Below, piece after piece: positions 53,604 to 62,079 of a DNA stretch of 64,000 bases. The DNA is from Alphaproteobacteria bacterium (GTDB taxonomy: Bacteria; Pseudomonadota; Alphaproteobacteria; Rs-D84). The notes under the pieces are model-generated. The model made no database searches. It worked only from the letters and a program-made list of their open reading frames with translations, and had not been told where the DNA came from. Made by a program: the position numbers and the translations under genes. The stretch covers positions 162,309 through 226,308 of the forward strand of contig WRKW01000001.1 of the NCBI GenBank assembly GCA_009777955.1. Reading direction: 5' to 3'. Numbering within the stretch: position 1 is the stretch's first letter; every line of letters begins with the position of its first letter.

Positions 53604-54356
53604 TTATTCTGTAAAAATAATCGCGCCGTCTTCTGTAATCCCAATTGTATGTTCCCATTGTGCCGAAAGGCATCCGTCGGCGGTTCGCGCTGTCCATCCG
53701 TCTGTATCGATTTTACAGCCCGCAACGCCCATGTTTATCATGGGTTCGATAGTAAATACCAATCCCGGAACCATTTTTACTTTTTCCCATTTCTTGTCAT
53801 AAAAATGATAAATCTGTGGATCATCATGCATGACTTTTCCGATGCCATGGCCGACGAAATCACGTGATACGGAAAATCCGTGTGGTCTGACAACAGATTC
53901 GATAGTGCGGCCGATTTCCGAAAGGGGTACGCCCGGCGCACATACTGCAATTGCGGAGTTCATCGCATCTTGGGCGGTCTGGACAAGTTCTTGTGCCCGT
54001 GAATCCACATTTCCAATCATGAACATTCGTGATGAATCAGCATGAAATCCCTTGTATTCCGCAGTCAGGTCTATGTTTACTATATCGCCTTTTTTCAGTT
54101 TTTCGTCGTCGCGCGGGATTCCGTGGACAATTACATCGTTAATGCTGGTACAGCAATGCTTTGGATATCCTTTGTATCCCAGCGACGAAGAACGCGCGCC
54201 ATTTTCACGCAGAAAAGCGGCGACCATTCGGTCTATGTCGCCCGTGGATATTCCAGCATTAATATGCGGGGTTATGAAGTCAAAGCATCGTGCCACGATG
54301 CTTCCGGCGGCATGCAGTCGCTTGAAGTCTTTCGGGGCATATACGCTTGGTAACAT
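53604..54356 (-). CDS. map: Methionine aminopeptidase type I.
   Basis: The 250-aa protein has metal-ligand motifs (GDIVNIDLTAE.KGFHAD, H.IGK.VHD, FTIEPMIN, WTARTADG...QWEHTIGIT). Confidence 0.9.
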   Translation of the reverse strand: MLPSVYAPKDFKRLHAAGSIVARCFDFITPHINAGISTGDIDRMVAAFLRENGARSSSLGYKGYPKHCCTSINDVIVHGIPRDDEKLKKGDIVNIDLTAEYKGFHADSSRMFMIGNVDSRAQELVQTAQDAMNSAIAVCAPGVPLSEIGRTIESVVRPHGFSVSRDFVGHGIGKVMHDDPQIYHFYDKKWEKVKMVPGLVFTIEPMINMGVAGCKIDTDGWTARTADGCLSAQWEHTIGITEDGAIIFTE

Positions 54357-54476
54357 TGGGAATTCCTTTTGTCTGCGATTTTACAGGCAAAAATTCAAAT
54401 AATCAAGGGTTGAAATTCCAGTTCAGCGGATTATTTATAGCAAGACGATGGTTATATCAGTTCAAAAGGTGGCAAT

Positions 54477-57023
54477 ATGATTAATATTGAAAAATTTTCA
54501 CAGAATTCACAGGCCGTGATTACTGCGGCGGCGGGGCTTGCCGCCGCACGTGGCAATCCGACTGTGGCACGGGCTCATTTGCTTTTGGCACTTATCCAAG
54601 AACAGTCGGGTGTCATAGTGTCGCTTATAGAATTTGCTGGTGGAAATATGGTGGGGCTGCAAAACGAAACCGAACGTCTTCTGGCCAAAGAGCCATCTGT
54701 TACCCATAGTCGCAAAGGCCATGGTAGCGATGCCTCTAGCTTTTCGCCCGAAGCAATAAATGTTTTAGAAACTGCACAGCAACTTGCGCAGCGGGCAACA
54801 GAAAATTATGTCACGCTAGAGCGCATATTCGAGGCAATAATTGACAGTGGGCTTGGCCGCGACGGCCTGTTGATTGGAAAGAATGTGGGGGCTGCAATTC
54901 AAAGGCTTCGTGATGGTAATGCACCCGACAGTTCACATGCAGAAGAACAATATCAGGTATTAAAAAAATACACCACCGATTTTACCGACCTGTCGGCAAA
55001 GGGAAAGCTGGATCCTGTCATCGGGCGTGATGAAGAAATCCGCCGCGCGGTTCAGGTTTTGTCACGCAGAACTAAAAACAATCCCGTACTTATCGGAAAC
55101 CCAGGCGTGGGAAAGACAGCGATTGTCGAGGGGCTTGCCAACCGTATCATAGCGGGCGATGTGCCAGAGAATCTGTTAAAGAAACGTCTTTTGTCGCTGG
55201 ATATGGGCGCATTGCTTGCCGGTGCCAAGTATCGCGGCGATTTTGAAGAGCGTTTGAAATCCGTACTTAAATCCGTAAAGGAAGCGGGTGGCAACATAAT
55301 ATTGTTTATTGATGAATTACACACTATGGTCGGCGCGGGCAAGGGGGAAGGAAGCGCGGGTGCCGGAGATATGTTGAAACCTATGCTTGCGCGGGGCGAA
55401 TTGCATTGTCTTGGCGCGACGACTTTGGATGAATATCGTGAACATATCGAAAAAGATCCTGCGCTGGCGCGGCGATTTCAACCGGTTTATGTGGACGAAC
55501 CAACAGCTATTGATACAATATCAATCCTGCGCGGATTGAAAGAAAAGTACGAAGGTCATCATGGGGTACGCATAGCTGATGCCGCGATAGTCGCGGCGGT
55601 AAAACTTTCCGACCGCTATATTACCGATCGCTTTCTGCCGGACAAGGCGATTGACCTTATGGACGAAGCGGCCGCGCGTGTACGTATCGAAATCGCAAGC
55701 AAGCCCGAAAAACTGGACGAGATCGACCGCCGCATGATGCAGCTGAAAATCGAACGTGAAGCATTGAAACAGGAAAAAGATGCAGAATCCAAAAAGCGTC
55801 TTAAAGATCTGGAGAAACAATTAGCTGATGTGGAATCCCAGTCCGCCACAATGACCACACAATGGCGGGCGGAACAAAAGAAAATGCGTGGCTTGTCGGA
55901 TGCAATGGCGGAACTTGACGCAGCAAAGGCAGAGGTTGCAAGCGCGATGCGTGCGGGTAATTTTGAAAAGGCAAGTGCATTGCAATACGGAAAAATCCCG
56001 GATCTGGAAAAACAAATCGAAGAGCTGGAAAAAACTGAGCGTACGTCTGAATATAAGACTGTAATGCCAGAACACATTGCCGCTGTTGTTTCGCGCTGGA
56101 CGGGCGTGCCGGTGGAAAAATTATCCGGTGAAGCGCAGAATAAATTACTTCAAATAGAGGACGAATTGCGCAAACGGGTTGTGGGGCAGGATTACGCATT
56201 GTCTGTTGTTGCGCGCGCCATTCGGCGCAGTCGTGCCGGATTATCCGATCCGCGCCGACCATCGGGATCTTTTATGTTTCTGGGACCGACGGGTGTTGGC
56301 AAGACGGAATTGGTGAAATCGTTGGCAGAGCTTTTGTTCAACGATGACACAGCGATGACGCGCATAGATATGTCAGAGTATATGGAGCCGCATTCCGTAT
56401 CCCGCCTTGTGGGCGCACCCCCGGGCTATGTCGGTTATGATCGTGGTGGAACCTTGACTGAATCCGTCCGTCGCCGGCCGTACCAGGTTATTCTGTTTGA
56501 CGAGATTGAAAAAGCCCATCCAGATGTGTTTAATATTTTCTTGCAGATTCTGGATGACGGCCGTCTTACCGATGGCCAGGGCAGAGTGGTTAATTTTACG
56601 AACACTATTATAATAATGACATCGAACCTGGGGTCGGAAATACTTTTGAAAACCCCGTCGGCCCAGGATAAAGTAATGGAAGCCGTAAAGCGTCATTTCC
56701 GTCCGGAATTTTTGAATCGTATTGATGAAATAGTATTTTTCCAGCCGCTGGGTCGGGATATCATGGGCAGTATAGTAGAAATACAGTTGCGTGGTTTGCG
56801 CCAGCGACTTTCCGGTCGACATATAGAGCTTTATGTCAGTGACCAGGCGATGGCATGGCTTGCTGATAATGGATATGATCCCACATTCGGTGCGCGCCCG
56901 TTAAAACGCCTTATCATCAGTGCGGTTGAAGATCCTATTGCAGATTTGATACTTTCCGGAAAAATTACCGATGGCGGAAGCGTGAATGTGGATGTTAAAG
57001 GAAAAGATTTGGTGGTTGGATGA
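54477..57023 (+). CDS. clpB: Chaperone ClpB (AAA+ disaggregase).
   Basis: The 848-aa protein has two AAA+ modules with Walker A motifs (GNPGVGKTAIVEG and GPTGVGKTELVKS), a middle coiled-coil domain and the typical ClpB N-domain. Confidence 0.95.
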   Translation: MINIEKFSQNSQAVITAAAGLAAARGNPTVARAHLLLALIQEQSGVIVSLIEFAGGNMVGLQNETERLLAKEPSVTHSRKGHGSDASSFSPEAINVLETAQQLAQRATENYVTLERIFEAIIDSGLGRDGLLIGKNVGAAIQRLRDGNAPDSSHAEEQYQVLKKYTTDFTDLSAKGKLDPVIGRDEEIRRAVQVLSRRTKNNPVLIGNPGVGKTAIVEGLANRIIAGDVPENLLKKRLLSLDMGALLAGAKYRGDFEERLKSVLKSVKEAGGNIILFIDELHTMVGAGKGEGSAGAGDMLKPMLARGELHCLGATTLDEYREHIEKDPALARRFQPVYVDEPTAIDTISILRGLKEKYEGHHGVRIADAAIVAAVKLSDRYITDRFLPDKAIDLMDEAAARVRIEIASKPEKLDEIDRRMMQLKIEREALKQEKDAESKKRLKDLEKQLADVESQSATMTTQWRAEQKKMRGLSDAMAELDAAKAEVASAMRAGNFEKASALQYGKIPDLEKQIEELEKTERTSEYKTVMPEHIAAVVSRWTGVPVEKLSGEAQNKLLQIEDELRKRVVGQDYALSVVARAIRRSRAGLSDPRRPSGSFMFLGPTGVGKTELVKSLAELLFNDDTAMTRIDMSEYMEPHSVSRLVGAPPGYVGYDRGGTLTESVRRRPYQVILFDEIEKAHPDVFNIFLQILDDGRLTDGQGRVVNFTNTIIIMTSNLGSEILLKTPSAQDKVMEAVKRHFRPEFLNRIDEIVFFQPLGRDIMGSIVEIQLRGLRQRLSGRHIELYVSDQAMAWLADNGYDPTFGARPLKRLIISAVEDPIADLILSGKITDGGSVNVDVKGKDLVVG

Positions 57024-57085
57024 TTTAACTTACACCCAACAACTGGCAACGGGGATTTTGGTCTTACGTCAAATAGGTAATTTTC

Positions 57086-57358
57086 TTACCCTATATTCTT
57101 TCTTACCTGTTTTACTCTTGCCAGGATTTCTTCAAGTGATTTTTCGTCTATGCATGCGGGGCGGGATTTGATTTCATCCGCCATTACTATGCAAAGTGTT
57201 GCCAATAGCGACGTTTCCGGTAATGGACCGATTTTTTTCAATATCTCGCGGGCGCGTTGATCCACCATTTTGCCAAGTTCCAGAAGACGTAACTCTTGGC
57301 CGTCTTCGCAGCCCATTTGGTATTTCTTGTTAATGATTGGAATCGATACGACGCTCAT
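57086..57358 (-). CDS. zapA: Cell division protein ZapA.
   Basis: The 90-aa sequence MSVVSIPIINKKYQMGCEDGQELRLLELGKMVDQRAREILKKIGPLPETSLLATLCIVMADEI closely parallels alphaproteobacterial ZapA (..I.GR.Y.LAC.DGQE.HL..LG..VD...). Confidence 0.7.
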   Translation of the reverse strand: MSVVSIPIINKKYQMGCEDGQELRLLELGKMVDQRAREILKKIGPLPETSLLATLCIVMADEIKSRPACIDEKSLEEILARVKQVRKNIG

Positions 57359-57362
57359 ATTC

Positions 57363-57584
57363 TTAATCTTCCGTTTTTTTCAATTTTTTTATGATTTCCA
57401 TTGCGTCATTTACAAACTCAGTCGCCCGGGCGTTTTTATCCCGCAGTTCTGCCATTTGTTGGTTCAGAATGGCGACTTCCAGATCTGTCTGTTTTCCTGC
57501 GCCGGCTGCCACCGACCGAAGTTTTGATGCAGACTCTTCCAAAGTGTCCAGTTCTTTCAAGATTTGACTTACAATCTCGCTCAT
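57363..57584 (-). CDS. Small coiled-coil protein upstream of zapA (ZauP/DUF4164-like).
   Basis: A 73-aa all-helical coiled-coil ORF ends 5 bp before the zapA start. This is the same arrangement as Caulobacter zauP-zapA. Confidence 0.45.
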   Translation of the reverse strand: MSEIVSQILKELDTLEESASKLRSVAAGAGKQTDLEVAILNQQMAELRDKNARATEFVNDAMEIIKKLKKTED

Positions 57585-57663
57585 ATCGACATATTAAAAT
57601 ATTTTTCTCTGACGGACAAGAAAAATATGATATAATGTCCGCATACGTTCCAGAGAGGGGTTT

Positions 57664-58677
57664 ATGAAGACTAAAATAATCTATATTTCCGGTGGTGAAG
57701 TATTCCCACCGCAACAGGTGCGCGCGGCGTTTGATGCTGTGCGCGGCATGCTTTGCCTTGACAGCGATACGGTTATTTTCGGTGTCCCGGTTGACTGTGA
57801 CGATATTGGACTGTCGTCCATACCGGATGCCCACAGTCATGTCGTAACGGATGAAAAAGGATTGGAAAAAAGTGCCATTGATAAAGAATCCATCGTTCCG
57901 GCTATGGAGATTCCGGAAGCCAGTCTTATAGAGAATCAAATTGCCACAAAACCTGTGGCCGAACAGACTGTCACCGCGCCCCCCATCCGCAAAAGAAAAA
58001 AGAAAGAAACGGAAGAACAGGCCTTGGCAACGCCAATTCTTTCGGTTCTTGGTTCTATCCAGAGTGCGAAAGAGGAATCTGTTGCATCAATTCCAGACCC
58101 GACACCGGTTGCCAACCCGGAACCTGTGAAAGATAAAGAAGTTTCGGGTTCTGCCCTGCCTGGCCGGGTATCTGATGATTTTGCAGTTCGTTCCGCGCCA
58201 TCCGATAATTATGCACAAACCCCGGCGGTGAAAACTTCACATGATGATGTCAAAGAAGAAATGCTTGTCGAAGCTGTCGAAGAAGATGTGGTACAGAGCA
58301 TAGAAGATATTTTTGCGGGTATTCCGCCTTTGTCCGAAGATAAACCTATTGATCTGACCACGCGCGACGAAGCGGCGGGGGAAGATGAATATACGGATTC
58401 ACCCGTTGTACAGCATACGGGGGACGATGCTACATTATCAAAGCTGGCGGCAGAATTTATCGCTGTCCAGGATAAGGATTTGGGGGTCGCCAAAGAACTT
58501 GACACAGCAAAGGGTGGAAAAATCGGTCGTTTGAAAAATATACTGCCGTTTAAAAAGAAAGAAAGGGCAGAGCCGTCAGTGCTGGGCGATTTATTCGGAT
58601 GGGCTGGTGTGGCCGCGAATGATGACACCGACAGCTTTGCAATGCCGGATTTTTTTCAGATGGGTGGGAATAGATAA
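57664..58677 (+). CDS. Hypothetical acidic protein (337 aa).
   Basis: A long ORF with a plausible start. It is an Asp/Glu/Pro/Ala-rich, low-complexity protein. I recognise no family. Confidence 0.35.
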   Translation: MKTKIIYISGGEVFPPQQVRAAFDAVRGMLCLDSDTVIFGVPVDCDDIGLSSIPDAHSHVVTDEKGLEKSAIDKESIVPAMEIPEASLIENQIATKPVAEQTVTAPPIRKRKKKETEEQALATPILSVLGSIQSAKEESVASIPDPTPVANPEPVKDKEVSGSALPGRVSDDFAVRSAPSDNYAQTPAVKTSHDDVKEEMLVEAVEEDVVQSIEDIFAGIPPLSEDKPIDLTTRDEAAGEDEYTDSPVVQHTGDDATLSKLAAEFIAVQDKDLGVAKELDTAKGGKIGRLKNILPFKKKERAEPSVLGDLFGWAGVAANDDTDSFAMPDFFQMGGNR

Positions 58678-58698
58678 TCGGGTTAAAATTTATATGCC

Positions 58699-59793
58699 AT
58701 GGATCGCGTAATATCTCTTCTTAGAAATTCAGGATTTGTTGGACCAGGCGGCGGCCCGATTGTTTTTGACGGCGAAAGAATCTGGTTGGAAGATCCCACA
58801 TGTTTTACCCGCGGTATTGAACAGCTTGCAACTTATCTATGGACTGGCCTGGTTGTTATGACGGCATTTTTATTGCTGGGATGGGCTTTTTCTCTTATTC
58901 GCAGTACCGATATGAAGATTTCGGAAAATATAAAGGTACTTGTTATTGTATTCGGGATAATATCTGCTGCACCGTTGATTGCAAATACTATGTGGGATGG
59001 TGATCTTTTCGGTCAGGGTTGCGCGAAAATCGGGGTTCCGGCACACGAAGTTCAGGATATTATAGAAAAAGCAAACAATGCAAAGTTAAAAGCTTTTAAT
59101 CCTGATGATTTGTGGGAAGAGTATGATATTTATGATTCCGCGGTAAGCACCTATACCCCCGGTATGGGAATATTTGGTGAAAGCGATGATTCTATTCCTG
59201 CGGGATTCAGTGGGGAGAGTGGCGGCCGCATGGGCATAGTCCGTACCGAAGGTCCGATAAGAGATGGGGGGGCTATTGGGGGCGGGTATAGCCAAACAAG
59301 CGGTCGTGGTGGTATCGCGCGTCGGATTTACAGGGCAGAGGAACAGCTTTCGTCAGGTGACATTGCTGTTTTCCGGAATGTTGCGGGCAGATATGGTATC
59401 AGCATGCGTTCTGATGGTGTTGGGCATTTGAATGCATCACGTGATGGGGGACTTCGCGATCATACCGGAACAGATTTATACATAGGTGGCGGGCCACCAC
59501 CACCGGGTACGGCCGTGCCATCGTTGTTTGATGGCAGAGTTTTGTATTCCAGATATTCCCATACACGAAATGGGGTCGCTTTGTATAGTGTGATGATACA
59601 AAACGATAATGGTACGACCAGCCGCATGTTGTATGTTAACGGAAATGTGAATACAGGTGACCGCGTACAGGCGGGTCAGATCATAGGGTATACCCAAGAT
59701 ATAAGCAGAGCTTATAGAAACACGCCGCAACATGTTCATTTCGAGCTGCGCAGAAATGGCCAAATAATTGATCCGGAAACGTTATTGCATTAA
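58699..59793 (+). CDS. Membrane-anchored M23 (LytM) family peptidase.
   Basis: It has an N-terminal TM segment and C-terminal M23 motifs HTGTDLY (HxxxD) and HVHFELR (HxH), followed by GQIIDP. Confidence 0.65.
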   Translation: MDRVISLLRNSGFVGPGGGPIVFDGERIWLEDPTCFTRGIEQLATYLWTGLVVMTAFLLLGWAFSLIRSTDMKISENIKVLVIVFGIISAAPLIANTMWDGDLFGQGCAKIGVPAHEVQDIIEKANNAKLKAFNPDDLWEEYDIYDSAVSTYTPGMGIFGESDDSIPAGFSGESGGRMGIVRTEGPIRDGGAIGGGYSQTSGRGGIARRIYRAEEQLSSGDIAVFRNVAGRYGISMRSDGVGHLNASRDGGLRDHTGTDLYIGGGPPPPGTAVPSLFDGRVLYSRYSHTRNGVALYSVMIQNDNGTTSRMLYVNGNVNTGDRVQAGQIIGYTQDISRAYRNTPQHVHFELRRNGQIIDPETLLH

Positions 59794-59800
59794 AGGATAC

Positions 59801-60301
59801 ATGATGAGAAAAATATTATTCGCATTTTGCACTTTGTATTTTACATTTTATGCCATGTCACCGGCCAGCTCAGCCAGCTTTTTTGCCGAACGTACGGTAA
59901 CGGTCAGGCCTTTGTCCGATGAATGCATAGGCAATGAAAAAGATCCGCTTTGCGTATTCGATACAGTAATAGCTTGCATTATACGCAACGATAAAAGCCT
60001 GTGTGAGAAAGTCGGTCTTGCATACGATCAGACCATGCGAAACGCGGTCGGCTATCTTGCCGGAAAAGATTACAAATACAGGCCGGTTGAAATGTTCGTT
60101 AATCGTCGTACATCGCTTTGCAGTGTCGTGAATGACAAGGCATGCGTATACAATCCCAGTACTGGAAAGCCGGTTGCGGTGGATATGTCGGTAACCAATG
60201 ATCGAAAATTTGTTGTGCATTTGCGGCGTGATAAAGACAGTGCATGGTCAGTTATATTCGCGACGGAATTCGATTGCTGGTCAGACGAAGATTGTTCATA
60301 A
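59801..60301 (+). CDS. Hypothetical secreted Cys-containing protein (166 aa).
   Basis: The start is at ATGATG 59801. It has a signal peptide MMRKILFAFCTLYFTFYAMSPASSASF and eight Cys residues. I recognise no family. Confidence 0.35.
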   Translation: MMRKILFAFCTLYFTFYAMSPASSASFFAERTVTVRPLSDECIGNEKDPLCVFDTVIACIIRNDKSLCEKVGLAYDQTMRNAVGYLAGKDYKYRPVEMFVNRRTSLCSVVNDKACVYNPSTGKPVAVDMSVTNDRKFVVHLRRDKDSAWSVIFATEFDCWSDEDCS

Positions 60302-60457
60302 TTGTATAGGCATGATGTATAGATGGTAAGGTTGCAAGTCGTTCAGTGCGTGATATATAAGACGTAAAGCGATGTTATCTTTTGCGGGCTGTTAAGTCAC
60401 AAAAAAATCCCACCCCGGATGGTGTATGGGGGTGGGGCGGGTAAATCATCAATATTT

Positions 60458-61459
60458 CTATTTTCCCCGGCGTTTTATAGCAAGTTTTGCCGCACGGACG
60501 GATAGTTTCAGGGCGAAATCCCGCAACAAAAGTTCTGCCGGCATACCAGTGGTTTTTGTCTGACGTTCAAGTTCGTTAAGGCGCGACAGCACGCCGATAA
60601 TTTCGGATTCCGGCCAGATGCGGACAGCAGCATTGAATTTTTCTGCAACTTTCCAAAATAGCTTTGGCATCTGTCCACCGGATACCGCCGCCAGCAATTT
60701 CTTGAAATGTATATCCAGCATCCTGACCAACATGACGGGTTCCGTTCCATCAAAAAATACCCGATCCAGTGCAAGCTGGGTTGCGGCAATATGTCCAGCA
60801 GTAAGGGAGTATAGAAAATCGTCCAATGATACTGCGCCCGCATCTGGCAGGCATTTTTCCACATCATCCAAAGTAACGACTTTTGTGTCGTCTACATATA
60901 GCGTCAATTTTTTAAGAAAGCTGCGTGTAACACCGCGATCCGCGCCAAGATGGCGGAACATATACTGCATAGCATCGGGTTCTATTGATTTTATTCCGGC
61001 TGCGAACAGGCTGTCGCGAATAACTTTGCCCAGCGAATTTTCATCATCGGCATAACATGCGACCGCGCCAAGCCGCCCCCCGTCTTCAAATAATGAACGC
61101 ATGCTGCCACCGGCGCGCAGTTCCGCGGCGGTTATGACTATGAATGCATCCAACGATGTATGCAAGACCAGTTCTTTTACCAATGCTGTATCAGAATCCC
61201 CAACACCCGCTATCATTACCATGCGTCTTCCGCCCAAAAGCGACGGACTGCATGCTTCGGCAAACAGGGCATCTGTTTTTTCACGTAATTCATTCGCATC
61301 GATAGCAAATAGGTTTGACGAATCTATGCTAAGCTTTTCAATAGCCTTATCAGCCAATTCATCTATTTGACCCGCATCTGGCCCGTAAATCAATACGGCC
61401 GACACATTCGCCATCTGGCGGGATAGGGCATCGTTAAAATCAGTTTCTTTCCACTTCAT
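60458..61459 (-). CDS. holA: DNA polymerase III delta subunit.
   Basis: The 333-aa protein has an N-terminus VLIYGPDAGQIDE and a delta-subunit helical C-terminus. Its position downstream of leuS-lptE matches the conserved proteobacterial leuS-lptE-holA order. Confidence 0.8.
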   Translation of the reverse strand: MKWKETDFNDALSRQMANVSAVLIYGPDAGQIDELADKAIEKLSIDSSNLFAIDANELREKTDALFAEACSPSLLGGRRMVMIAGVGDSDTALVKELVLHTSLDAFIVITAAELRAGGSMRSLFEDGGRLGAVACYADDENSLGKVIRDSLFAAGIKSIEPDAMQYMFRHLGADRGVTRSFLKKLTLYVDDTKVVTLDDVEKCLPDAGAVSLDDFLYSLTAGHIAATQLALDRVFFDGTEPVMLVRMLDIHFKKLLAAVSGGQMPKLFWKVAEKFNAAVRIWPESEIIGVLSRLNELERQTKTTGMPAELLLRDFALKLSVRAAKLAIKRRGK

Positions 61460-61492
61460 TGATCACTATTATAATATTGCTTAAATCTGCAA

Positions 61493-61993
61493 TCAAAAAT
61501 CTTTGGTTTCTGATGGAATAATTAGTTTTGCGTTCACGCGGGTTTCGATTTTGTTTGCCAATACCCGAATAGCATTTTGGACTGCGTTGTTATACGATGC
61601 CTGTGCCGCAACCAGATCGCTTACGAATGCATATGATTCCGAAGCAGTGTCAAATGCGGACAGTATTACATCGCCGGATTCGCGGTCGCGCAGTTCATAT
61701 TTGGCGGTCATGCGAACTTCCCGCCAGGTAGCGTCACCGGTAATTTGCAAGGCTTTTAATATAGTTTCTGGTTTTTTTAAGTCGACGCTAAGAATGTATT
61801 TTGATGTAGTGTCGTTGACGGTTCCCCAGCTGGCGCGCAAGGTGTTGCGAAGGTCGATGCCGTTTGTTCCGGAAATCGGAACTATGTAAATATCACGGGT
61901 TTCTGAACGCAGATGTCCGCCTGAATCATACATCGGTGTCCATCCGCAAGATGCAAGTGTCAACGCAAGTAAAAGTGTAAGCAGTTTTTTCAT
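61493..61993 (-). CDS. lptE: LPS-assembly lipoprotein LptE.
   Basis: It has a lipobox LTLASCGW, is about 166 aa, and lies between leuS and holA, the conserved synteny. Confidence 0.7.
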   Translation of the reverse strand: MKKLLTLLLALTLASCGWTPMYDSGGHLRSETRDIYIVPISGTNGIDLRNTLRASWGTVNDTTSKYILSVDLKKPETILKALQITGDATWREVRMTAKYELRDRESGDVILSAFDTASESYAFVSDLVAAQASYNNAVQNAIRVLANKIETRVNAKLIIPSETKDF

Positions 61994-62079
61994 AGTTTAT
62001 CTCTGAATTTATTTATGATCACTATCTTGTTTTCTTGCACATGGTTCGCATCCATCCTTTTGCAAGTGAAGGGGGATTA

